This document shows positions 49,949 to 59,662 of a DNA stretch of 64,000 bases, piece by piece. Made by a program: the position numbers and the translations under genes. Location: NCBI GenBank assembly GCA_039586365.1, contig JBDHKN010000008.1, forward strand, positions 26,721 to 90,720, written 5' to 3'. The first letter of the stretch is position 1. Each line of letters opens with the position of its first letter. Origin of the DNA: Gemmatimonadota bacterium. GTDB taxonomy: Bacteria > Gemmatimonadota > Gemmatimonadetes > Gemmatimonadales > GWC2-71-9. The notes under the pieces are model-generated. The model saw nothing but the letters and a program-made list of their open reading frames with translations, searched no databases and was not told the DNA's origin.

Positions 49949-50222
49949 CGCTCGAGTCACCTCTTTGTCAACCCTATTTGCGCTTTGTCGCGCTCTGATC
50001 GCAGGAGTATTGAAGCATGCTGGCGTCGGAGAGTCAACCGGGGGTGTCAGGGCAGGTGCGGCAGGGAAATGGCAAAATCCGACCGAGTGGTGACCCACCT
50101 CACAGCGCAGGGTGGCCAAAGGGCACACCATTTAGCAGTCACTAGACCACGTCCCCGTCAAACGGGCACGGGTTGGCGAGATAGTAGCTGGCGATGCGGA
50201 AGAGCTAAAGGAGAGATGTGTT

Positions 50223-52857
50223 ATGGCGCCCTTTCTCAAGAGCCTCTTGGGAACCGGAGAGGCAGACGAGATAATTTCACAAAAAGCCGAGCAGGTCTTG
50301 TCTCAGATCGAGGAGAGACGGGCTGCCATGGAGGCTGCCACCGAACGGGCGGAGCAGGCGGCCAAACGCTTGGAACAGCTCGTGCAGCCAGTCGAAGACC
50401 TCGACAAGAGGCTCTCTGGATTGGGAGGCCGACTCAGCAAGGCCGAGACAGATCTCGGCAGGATGGAGCAAATAGCGCCGCAGCTGGCTGCCACGGTGGA
50501 TCAAGCTGAGACGCTATCCAAGGGTCAGCGCAGAGCCGAAGCCCAGTTGAGCAATGCGGCCGGAGAGATCGAGAAGATCCAGGGCGACCTCTCGGAGTTG
50601 GCCCACAAGGCCGACATGGCTTTGTGTATCAAGGATGATCTGACCGAGTTCCTCAAGCTGGGCAACCCGTTGGAGGAACTACAGGCGCGAACCGACATTC
50701 TCAGAGATCGTCTCGCAGGGATAGACGGTGGTGTGGGTGAGGTCCGCAGTCGCCAGGAAGAGACGGCCAGGGTGAGCGAGCAGCTGGAGTCGCGTCTCCA
50801 TGTGTTTGACGAGCGGTTCCAGGAGATAGCGACTGGAGTTGCGGCGGCGGAAGGGCGAGTCGTCGAGCTCGGGCGAACCTTGTCCGATCTCTCACAGGTG
50901 GCGATGGGTACGGCCGACACCAAACGCCAGTTGGCTACGCTGCAAGCCCTCACTGATTCGGTAGGGCAGAAGATTGCCGCGATCGAGCAGCAGCGTGACG
51001 CGGTCGAGCGCGCCGCTCGTGAGGCTCACCACTTGAGCGAGGCGATGCGGAGCCTGGACATACAGGTTCGCAAGCAGGAAGAGAACTCGGGCAAGATGAA
51101 GGAGTACCAGTCCTCAGTTGACGAACTGAGGGCGGTGCATGCGCGCCTCCTGGAACAGACGGAGGAAATCCAGCTGCGACAAGCGAGCATCGAAAAGACG
51201 GACGCAGCGGCACGCGAGCGGTTCGGTTCCCTCCAGACCGAACTCAAGGCCAGTAGCGACCGTTTGACCCTGGAGCGGGATGGGTTCGATGCGGTGACCC
51301 AGCGCGTGGTGGATCTGCGTCGCGATCTCTCCGGTTTGGAGGAGCGTTTCAATACGCTCGAGACTTCAGCCGCGAGCCTCCCTGAGCTACAGGTCAAGGT
51401 CCAGGAGCTTGCCGGCCACATAGGGAAGGTTGCTGGGGAGATAGAGCAGTTGGACGAGCAGGCACAGCGGGCGCACTCGCTGCGCATGAACCTGAAGCGG
51501 CTTCAAACGGCTCGACCGGGTCGAGGAAGCGCAGCCTGGAGTCGATTCAATGCTGCGGGACTTCGCCGAGCTCAGTCGTAACGAGGAGGCATTGCAGGAT
51601 GCGCTGGATCAGGTACAGTTCGCTGTCAACCAGGTCAAGGAGTTCCGCCAGGAGCAAGTTGAGACGGAGCGCTGGCTCGCGGGTGTGCAGCAACTGTTGA
51701 CCGAGCTGCAGGCGAAGGTACGGGAGTTGAACAGCGCGAAGCCCACCGTCGCCCTGATTCGCAAGGATTTGGATCGGGTGTCTAGCTCGATCCAGACCAT
51801 CGAGTCTCGCGGAGTCTTGGTCGACGATCTCAATCGACGCCTGTCCGGCCTTGCCACTTTGGGGGTGCAACTCGACGAGCGCAGCAAGGGACTGACATCG
51901 CGGATGGACGGCGCGGACGAGCAACTCCAGTCGCTCTTGGCTCGCGCAGGTGAGGTTGCCGAAGTCGAAAAATCGGTGACTCGGGTTAGCTCGGCTGTGG
52001 AGGGCCTCGCAGAGCGGTCCGCTGAGCTTGGAGCATCGCTCGGCACAATGGAGGATCGGTCGAGGGAGCTTGAGGATTTGTCGTCGAAGATGCAGCAACT
52101 GGGTGTTGAGCTCGATCGGCGGCAGAGTTCTCTGGAGAAGTCGACCGAGTACCTCGACAGGGCTTACCAGCTGAGGCAAGAAGCTGCGGCGAGTGCCAAG
52201 GCGCTGGAGGAGCAGGGCCAGAAGTTGGCTCAGGCTTTGATGTCTGCTGAAGGACGGACCGTGGAACTCAAGGATGTTGCACAACAGCTGGAGGATCAGA
52301 TCTCCAGTCTGCGGTTCGCCGAGAAACGCCTGGGGCAGTTTGAGGACAAGCTGGCGCAGTGGGAACAGACCGAGGAGCAGGTAACCAACGCACTGCAGCA
52401 GTTGACTGATCGACAGTCGACGATACAGACGTTGCAGGCTGATATCCGCAATCTATTGCAGATGGCTGAGCGCACAGTCGAGGACGTGCGGTCGATCAAC
52501 GGTGCCAAGCAGGAGATCGCGGAGACTCGGGCCAAGCTGGACGACACGTTGGAGCGGCTGCGGGCTGCCGATGATACGGCGGGTGCCTTGGAGGATCGCA
52601 ACCGTCAGATCGAGCGGGCGGAGCAGAAGCTGGCCAGGACCGAGGCTCTGATGCTCGAGATCCAGTCGAGCTATGAGACTCTGCAGGGTCAGCGCGCGCT
52701 GATGGACCACGTGGTGGATAAGGCTGGTGCTCTGACGTTCCAACTGAAGCACGCTGAGGCGTTGATTCAGACGTTGCGCGATGAGCGAGATCTGACCAAC
52801 AAGGTGCGTACAGCGATCGGTTCGGCGCGCGACGAGGTGACCGAAAAGGCCGGCTAG
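50223..52857 (+). CDS. Long coiled-coil protein split by a +1 frameshift near 51500 (ORFs 50223-51581 and 51550-52857)
   Basis: Continuous E/Q/L/A/R heptad composition in both ORFs; the +1 frame is open from 51496; no ATPase motifs. Confidence 0.7.
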
Positions 52858-52938
52858 CTGAGGCGGCAACAGGCACGGCGGTAGACAGCAGATTCGCCGG
52901 TTCGCTTGACCAGGCAGACTGTCTCCGGAGACCAAGAC

Positions 52939-52966
52939 GGGGCGGGTCGGAATTCCGATCCGCCCC
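52939..52966 (+). terminator. Terminator hairpin
   Basis: GGGGCGGGTCGG-AATT-CCGATCCGCCCC followed by a pyrimidine-rich tail. Confidence 0.65.
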
Positions 52967-53528
52967 TCTCGTTCTTGGATGCACCCCGAGTCGGTTCGGA
53001 GGTTACCTCTCTGATACTGCAATTGGTCGTCTTGTCCCAACCACTCGTCAATCGTCAATCGTCACCAGCCCCGGGTTGTGCCAGCCGGCCAGTGCGCTGG
53101 TAGCGAATGCTGCTAGGCCCAACCAGATGAGCACACGGCTTTCGAGGGGAGCGGTCTGATTGGTGTGGTACATGGGATCGCCTACCTAGAGCACTACCGA
53201 GATGATGTTGCTCGGCGGCCCCTCACCGATCTCGTTCAGGGCTACCGCTCGGGGCTTTGTCACTCAAACCTAGCCAACCCTTGCACCCCAATCCATACTA
53301 CTACTTGCCCCCAAGGCCCTGCGTGGAGCTGTTGTCTATTCGTTGCAGCCCTGTGTACCGCGCTGCAACTTATCCGGTCGCCCTCACTGAACTGACAGTA
53401 AACGTCGGTGGCCTTCGTGGCCCCGCCGCCAGACAGACGCCGTTGTAGACGCCCCGGTGTGACGCCGTAGCAGGCGCCCGTTCGACGACTAGACCGACAG
53501 ACGGCCTAGCGAAGCAGGGGAACAAGGT

Positions 53529-53990
53529 ATGAAGGAAACATCGGGACTACCGCTTGGTCTCAAGGTCATTATCGGTCTTCATGTAGTGAGCTTCGTTCTC
53601 TGGTTCTTCGGTCAGAGCGTAGCGGTTGTGGCCTACGACTCGGTGGCCGAATGGGGGCTCCAGGACCAACGTTCGTTGGTTGACCCGGTGATCGTCGAGG
53701 TCAATCGGGCGATCGGGCTGACGGACACAATTGTCATGCTTCCGTTGTTTGTCGTAGCAGCGATCGGCCTGCTGCGGAAACGGTTCTACGGCGCAGTCGC
53801 AAGTTGGATCGCATTCGGCATGACGCTGTATTGGCCGGTCATCGCCTGGAGCTCACAGGGTTTCTACGCTGCGGCAGACATCGCGCACCAGCCGATGACG
53901 TTGGGCTACATCATTCTGCCAGGAGCTGCGTTTCTCATTGCCTGCTGGGGATCCTGGTACTTGTATCGCTACCGCGGACTCTTCCAGTAG
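53529..53990 (+). CDS. Hypothetical membrane protein (about 4 TM)
   Basis: Clean ORF with hydrophobic segments. Confidence 0.7.
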   Translation: MKETSGLPLGLKVIIGLHVVSFVLWFFGQSVAVVAYDSVAEWGLQDQRSLVDPVIVEVNRAIGLTDTIVMLPLFVVAAIGLLRKRFYGAVASWIAFGMTLYWPVIAWSSQGFYAAADIAHQPMTLGYIILPGAAFLIACWGSWYLYRYRGLFQ

Positions 53991-54196
53991 CTCAGACCCA
54001 CTGATCCTCGGTCAGTCAGTCGGTTGCCTCTTGCCGCCGTTGCGTCCACACCCTGACCGATTCCGTGTCCCACTGAACGCATCTCTTGACTCGACCTCCG
54101 TCCTGAAACCATTACGGCAGCCACTCGTAGGGGCTATGTAGAAAACAGCAAACCCCAGGTCCGATTCGGCTGGGACAGCCAACTTGGAGGTCTTGG

Positions 54197-54517
54197 ATGC
54201 CGTCGGTTCGCATGACCCAGATCACCGCTCTTGTCCTGAGAGCCATTGCTGCGGGACATCAATATGGCTTTGACGTCATGGAGGCGTGTGGCATGCCCAG
54301 CGGCACGGTCTACCCGGCGCTACGGCGTCTGGAGCGGGCCGGACTGCTCCGCTCTGGGTGGGAAGACGCAGCAATGGCGTTTGCCGCCGGCCGCCCTCGG
54401 CGACGGACCTATCATCTCACGGCCGCCGGCCGCAGAGCACTCCTGGAGGCGGAGGCCAAGCTGCAGGAGGTGCGGCAGCTCCTGGGCCAGTTTGGTCCCA
54501 AACCCAAGGAAGCCTGA
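54197..54517 (+). CDS. PadR family transcriptional regulator
   Basis: YGFDVM, GTVYPALRRLE, RRTYHLTAAG. Confidence 0.9.
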   Translation: MPSVRMTQITALVLRAIAAGHQYGFDVMEACGMPSGTVYPALRRLERAGLLRSGWEDAAMAFAAGRPRRRTYHLTAAGRRALLEAEAKLQEVRQLLGQFGPKPKEA

Positions 54518-57132
54518 TGAGTGCTCCGCATGCCTGGGTGCGCCTGATCTCAATCCTCGTTCCCGCAGAGTATCGCCGGGATTGGATCGAGGAGTGGGAA
54601 GCCGAATTGGCCGTCACCAAGGGCAACCGCATGAGAAACGCGGTGGGAGCCCTGCCGGACGCCTGGTACCTGCGCAAGGAAGGATGGACCATGGAAGGGT
54701 TGTTGCGAGACATTCGTTTGGCCGTTAAGGGAATGGTACGGAAGCCGTTCTTCACGGCGCTGGCAGGAATCACTCTCGCCATAGGCATCGGGGCTAACAC
54801 GGCCATCTTCAGCGTTGTGGACGGGGTGCTCCTCAACCCCCTCCCGTTCCCGGAAAGCTCCCAGCTCGTTTCGGCGAATCACGTGGCCCCCGGTCTGAAC
54901 TTGCCCCTGGTGCCCCACTCCGAGGGGATGTACCTGCACTACCAAGAGCGCTTCAGGAGCCTTGCCGCCTTCACCGTATTCGGGGAAGGCACTGTCAACC
55001 TGATTACCGCTGGTGACCCCCAACGTCTCAGCGCCGCCAGGGTGACGCAGACCTTCTTCGAAGTCTTGGGGGTGCAGCCCATGCTGGGTAGGGGCTTCGC
55101 GGTGGGGGAGGATCGCCTTGGCGCGGAACCCGTGGCCGTGTTGGGCCACGGTGTCTGGCAGCAGAACTTCGGCAGCGACCGCAGCGTCGTCGGCCGAGTG
55201 GTTGAGATGAACGGCGTTTCACGTCAGATCGTGGGGGTGATGCCGCAAGGCTTTGGGTTCCCCGGCGAGGTGGACGTCTGGACTCCAATCGAGATTGACG
55301 CGGCGGACCCGCAGATGGGAAGTCTCGGGCTCATCGGAGTGGGTCGCCTAGCACCCGGAGCCACGGTGGCAGCGGCACAGTCGGAGATGTTGGATCTGCT
55401 CTACCAGCTGTCCGATGCATATCCCGAAGAGCTTTCAAGAGGGATAATCGAGCAGGCCGGTTTGGCACCGGACGTTAAGCCTCTCAAGGAACTCTATGTC
55501 CAGGACATGAGGCAGGCCCTCTGGATTCTCCTGGGCACCGTGGGATTCGTCCTCCTCATCGCCTGCGCAAACGTGGCAAACCTCTTCCTGGTCCGTGCTG
55601 AGACTGGGCAGCGCGAACTGGCCCTAAAGGTCGCCCTGGGGGCAAGCCGCGGGGACATTGTGCGCCAGTATCTCACCGAAAGCGTGACACTGGCGGTTGG
55701 TGGCGGCCTCCTGGGCCTGGCCTTGGCCCACTTCGGAGTGAAGGGGCTGCTGGCGATGGCCCCGGTAGCAATTCCACATACTCTGGCGATCGGGATCGAC
55801 GGGAGCGTCCTGCTGTTCACGGCTCTCATCTCGGTGGGATCCGGCTTTCTCTTTGGTCTCTTCCCGGCGTTCGGTTACAGCCGTAGTGACCTGTCCCGGA
55901 CCTTGAAGGAGGGCGGGAAAAGCTCGACCAGCGGGCGGGAACGTCTCCGGGCCCGCAGCGTCCTGGTGGTGACCCAGGTTGCGCTGGCATTGGTCCTCCT
56001 CGTGGGATCGGGGCTCATGGGCCGGACTTTTCTAGAGCTGAGGAGTGTGGACCCGGGGTTCGCCAGCTCGGGCCGCCTGACCTTCAGGGTAGCTCTGCCC
56101 GAGGCCGAGTGGGGAGAGGCGCAAGCGGTACGGCTCTTCCAGCGGCAACTCCAGGAGAGGATGGCGGCGATTCCCGGAGTCCGTTCGGCAGCGCTCGTAA
56201 CGGCCGTTCCGCTGGAAGACAGTAAGTCCGCGGGTCCGATGGAGACAGAAGAGAATCCGACCCCGCCGGGGGGACTGGGCACCCTGGTGGACCGGCGACA
56301 AGTGAGCCCCGGCTACTTCGAGGCACTGGGCATCCGATTGGTCGACGGTGGAGACCTCACCTGGGAGCATGCCGGAGATGGGGTGCGGGGAGTCGTAGTG
56401 AGCGAGGCGCTGGCACGCACCTTCTGGCCCGACGTCGCCTCCGTGGTAGGCCGGCGCATCCGCGGCCAAGGCGATGATGCTGAATTCTGGGAGGTGGTTG
56501 GCGTGGCCCGGGATGTCCGGTTCGAGACTCTGACCGAGGAGCCCGCCCCTCTCATCTACCTGCCACTCGATGCGGGTCGCCAGGATCTCGCCCGGTCTTT
56601 TGCGGTGGTACTCCAAACGACCGCCGATCCGCTGAGCTTCGTCCCCTCGGCCAGAGAGGCCCTGCGGGAGATCGCGCCGCGCCTTCCGCTGGTCGATCCC
56701 AAAACAGTGGCATCAATCGAACGCGACGCCATGTCCGCCACGTCTTTCACGGTGGTCCTATTGGGCATCGCCAGCGGGATTGCGCTCATTCTTGGAACGG
56801 TTGGGATCTACGGAGTCACTTCGTACGTAGTCAGCCGGCGTTCACAGGAGATCGGAGTACGCATGGCTTTGGGCGCTCCCGCGAGCGCCGTGCTACTGGA
56901 TGTGGTAGGTCAGGGGATGACACTGACTGGCGCCGGCATTGCACTTGGCCTCTTGGGGGCATGGGGAGTGAGCCGGCTGCTTTCGTCGCTTCTATTCGGC
57001 GTGAGCGCCACGGATCCCATCATTTACGCGGCGACGGCATTGGGCCTCGCAATGGTAGCCCTCCTGGCCTCCTGGATCCCTGCCCGCAGGGCCGCGCGCA
57101 TAGACCCAGTGGAGGCGTTGAGATACGAGTGA
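54517..57132 (+). CDS. ADOP-type duplicated orphan ABC permease
   Basis: TLAIGIGANTAIFSVV, LLIACANVANL, VDPGF, EIGVRMALGA, RAARIDPVEALR; TGATG coupling to padR. Confidence 0.92.
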   Translation: MSAPHAWVRLISILVPAEYRRDWIEEWEAELAVTKGNRMRNAVGALPDAWYLRKEGWTMEGLLRDIRLAVKGMVRKPFFTALAGITLAIGIGANTAIFSVVDGVLLNPLPFPESSQLVSANHVAPGLNLPLVPHSEGMYLHYQERFRSLAAFTVFGEGTVNLITAGDPQRLSAARVTQTFFEVLGVQPMLGRGFAVGEDRLGAEPVAVLGHGVWQQNFGSDRSVVGRVVEMNGVSRQIVGVMPQGFGFPGEVDVWTPIEIDAADPQMGSLGLIGVGRLAPGATVAAAQSEMLDLLYQLSDAYPEELSRGIIEQAGLAPDVKPLKELYVQDMRQALWILLGTVGFVLLIACANVANLFLVRAETGQRELALKVALGASRGDIVRQYLTESVTLAVGGGLLGLALAHFGVKGLLAMAPVAIPHTLAIGIDGSVLLFTALISVGSGFLFGLFPAFGYSRSDLSRTLKEGGKSSTSGRERLRARSVLVVTQVALALVLLVGSGLMGRTFLELRSVDPGFASSGRLTFRVALPEAEWGEAQAVRLFQRQLQERMAAIPGVRSAALVTAVPLEDSKSAGPMETEENPTPPGGLGTLVDRRQVSPGYFEALGIRLVDGGDLTWEHAGDGVRGVVVSEALARTFWPDVASVVGRRIRGQGDDAEFWEVVGVARDVRFETLTEEPAPLIYLPLDAGRQDLARSFAVVLQTTADPLSFVPSAREALREIAPRLPLVDPKTVASIERDAMSATSFTVVLLGIASGIALILGTVGIYGVTSYVVSRRSQEIGVRMALGAPASAVLLDVVGQGMTLTGAGIALGLLGAWGVSRLLSSLLFGVSATDPIIYAATALGLAMVALLASWIPARRAARIDPVEALRYE

Positions 57133-57165
57133 TATGAAATAGCTCACGTCAAGCGCCCTCCATCT

Positions 57166-57345
57166 TCAAGGCACGGGCAACTGCAACTTGCGCAAGAACT
57201 CGTGAAACCGCGGGTCGGCGACCAATCCCTCGGAGGCCGCCATCGCCGCAATAAATGCGACCTCGTGGTCTCGCATCTCGCACCCCCGTTGCAACCACTC
57301 GATAGCGCGGTCGATGTCTCCACCCCAAGCAAACGAAATCCAGAG
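57166..57345 (-). pseudogene. C-terminal remnant of a TPR-tailed protein (kinase/adenylate-cyclase-TolB type)
   Basis: Minus frame without a start reads GDIDRAIEWLQRGCEMRDHEVAFI...LVADPRFHEFLRKLQLP*. Confidence 0.6.
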
Positions 57346-57397
57346 CCATGCACCATCGCCCCGGCGAGGAGCCGGGCACCAATACTCGGAAAGGCTC

Positions 57398-57862
57398 TTA
57401 GCGAATCGCGCCCTCCTTACCTAACATCCGACGCAGTATCCCGAGCTGGCCCGCGTGGTAGGACTCGTGGAAATTGAACGTGAAGAGCTTGCTGCCGAGG
57501 GTACTTTCGCCGGTTTCGTGCGAGAGGATCTCCTCGTCCTCCAAACCGCTCAGCAGGCGCTCCTGCGATGCTTCAAGAAGGTCGACCATGTTCCCCAGGT
57601 GCTCCGCGCTCTCACCGGGTTCGAGCGGAGGAGTGCCACGGGCGTATCTGGAACTCTCAACCTCCGTCCAGACCGGTTCCTCATCCAGCAGTCTGAGCAT
57701 TCGATCTCGGTTCAGGAGAATATGCCCTACGATCCAGTTGATGCAGTTACCGGCACCGTCGCGCCTTTGCAGGCTCTCCTCGTGGTCTACATCCTCGAGG
57801 TTCTCCCGGATCACCCGATAGGTCAGTCCGAACAGGTCTCGTAGTTGCCTTCCTACCGTCAT
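57398..57862 (-). CDS. DinB/DUF664 family protein
   Basis: NCINWIVGHI, FHESYHAGQ..LRR. Confidence 0.88.
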   Translation of the reverse strand: MTVGRQLRDLFGLTYRVIRENLEDVDHEESLQRRDGAGNCINWIVGHILLNRDRMLRLLDEEPVWTEVESSRYARGTPPLEPGESAEHLGNMVDLLEASQERLLSGLEDEEILSHETGESTLGSKLFTFNFHESYHAGQLGILRRMLGKEGAIR

Positions 57863-58299
57863 CTTTCCCTCTCCTCTCGAAGTTGGACGTCAGTCACCCA
57901 CCCGATTGCCGACATGACCGCGTTGAATCCATCGAGATCCGCCTCGGTGACACGCTCGGCGATTTGGTTCTCGAGTTTCTCAAGGAGCACAAGCATCTGA
58001 TCCGCTACCTCTAGGCCGCCACTGGTGAGACCAACGAGGAACGAGCGGCGATCGTCGGGGTTGGTCCTCCGCTCGATGAGTCTTCGCTGTTCGAGCCGAT
58101 CCAGGATGCTGGTCATGGTGGAAGGCCTATGCCCGAATACGCGCACCAATTCACCCACGGGACAGGGAGAATAGCTTCGCAGATACGAGAGGGTATGACC
58201 CTCTGCCGAGTCGAGCCCGAAGGCCTGGAGGTATTCCCCCAAATGGACAGCGATCTGGCGGCCGGCTTTATGGATTGGTGAGAGGAAACGGAGTGGCAT
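57859..58299 (-). CDS. MarR family transcriptional regulator
   Basis: STMTSILDRLE, NPDDRRS..V.LT..G. Confidence 0.9.
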   Translation of the reverse strand: MPLRFLSPIHKAGRQIAVHLGEYLQAFGLDSAEGHTLSYLRSYSPCPVGELVRVFGHRPSTMTSILDRLEQRRLIERRTNPDDRRSFLVGLTSGGLEVADQMLVLLEKLENQIAERVTEADLDGFNAVMSAIGWVTDVQLREERER

Positions 58300-58408
58300 C
58301 GTCGGCCGCCCTCGCTTGGTGAGTAGTCTGCCCTCACCCGTGAGTTGTGAGTCTTCGACCGGGGCAGATCACCTGTCCGCTTCGGATGACAAAGGCCCCT
58401 GCCAGTGC

Positions 58409-58435
58409 TACGATATCGCAATATCGGATATCGTA
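58409..58435. promoter_or_regulatory. Palindrome TACGATATC-N9-GATATCGTA, putative MarR operator
   Basis: Perfect 9-bp inverted repeat upstream of marR-dinB. Confidence 0.55.
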
Positions 58436-58654
58436 AGTAATTGGGCAAGGGGTACCGATGCGACCGGGACGAACTGCGGTGTTGGCTTTGGGGATCATGA
58501 ACCTCACAGGCGGGACACATGCTCAGTGCAGTCACCAGGGCACTGCACCGCTGTTTGAACGTGCAATCCGAAAGGAAGTGAGGTAGAAGTCGTAGTTCAT
58601 CGCTGCTGGTGGGGAGTCGGCTGGCCGGTTAGCGGCCGATCCGTAAGACGGCGC

Positions 58655-59120
58655 ACGGTACCCAAACGCCTCAGGCCCTATTTTCTCCACGACCGCAAGC
58701 TCCTCGGCGAACTCTCCCGCTTCGCCGCCCGCACCGTCACCTCGTTCTTCAGGGCTACTGTCGGTGAAAGAGATCTCTCGGTCGGCATTGTCTCATCGAT
58801 CCAAACCCACGGATCGCTCGCCAACTGGCATCCGCATTTGCACTTGCTTGTCACCGACGGCTGCTTCCGTCCGGACGGCACGTTCCTCCACCTGCCCTTC
58901 CACGAAGTCGCCACGCTCACCGAGGCCTTCGGCCGCGCGGTTCTCAAGTTGTTCGTCAAACGCGAGTTGATGGATATCGAGACAGCTCAAAGCATGCTCG
59001 CGTGGCCGCACTCGGGATTCCATGTGCACGACGCCGTCTGGGAGGCGGCCGACGACAAGGAATTCACCGTACGGTTGGCACGCTACTGTGCTCGACACCC
59101 TGTGGCCCTCGACCGCATGG
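58655..59120 (+). mobile_element. IS91-family (rolling-circle HUH/Y2) transposase internal fragment
   Basis: VPKRLRPYF, IQTHGSLANWHPHLHLLVTDG, W.HSGF.V, RLARYCAR; no start, Zn-binding N-terminus or C-terminus. Confidence 0.85.
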
Positions 59121-59284
59121 AGCCGCGATCGATCAGGCCGGCGACCGCCTGCGCCGAAACATCGGGCGCGAGCTGATCCGGACGTCTGCGCGTAGACCAA
59201 AGTCCGTCTCTCATGAGAGACGGCTCGCTTCGTAGGAGTAGGCACCACCCTAGAACCACAAGGCCACAATCGGAGAGATCAGCG

Positions 59285-59653
59285 ATGGCAAGCGCCGCAG
59301 TGAAGCCATTGAGCCGTGGGCGACTCGATTCCCTGAAACGGGAGCTCGAGCGGGAGCTGGAACGAGCGACACGTGACCTCGTTCGTTTACAGCCGATTGC
59401 AGTGGGAACGGTTTCCGGATGGGATGGTTCGGTGGCCGAGCGGGAGCAGGCCGATGCAATGGCGTCAGAACTCTATTGCCGAGCGGAATATCGCTGCGCT
59501 CAGATCAACGAGGCGCTCGATCGCATAAGCAAGGGGACGTACGGCATCTGCGTCGTGTGCCACTAGGCCATTCCGTTCGCGCGCCTGGAGTTCGTGCCGG
59601 AAACGAAGGCCTGCGTTACCTGCAGTGCGCTGAATCCGTGGCTGGGTGATTGA
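59285..59653 (+). pseudogene. TraR/DksA C4 zinc-finger protein with an in-frame TAG at 59564-59566
   Basis: INEALDRISKGTYGICVVCH*AIPFARLEFVPETKACVTC. Confidence 0.85.
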
Positions 59654-59662
59654 TCCGTTGGT

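Noticed and set aside
50223..52857. SMC/SbcC ATPase or phage tape-measure protein
   Set aside because: No Walker or signature motifs, no hinge, and no phage genes nearby
54286..54516. N-terminal extension of the first ADOP ORF
   Set aside because: Overlaps padR in another frame; TGATG coupling gives the start at 54517
59564..59566. Genome-wide TAG reassignment
   Set aside because: Genes such as hypD, tesA, prx and uppS end at TAG at their expected C-termini
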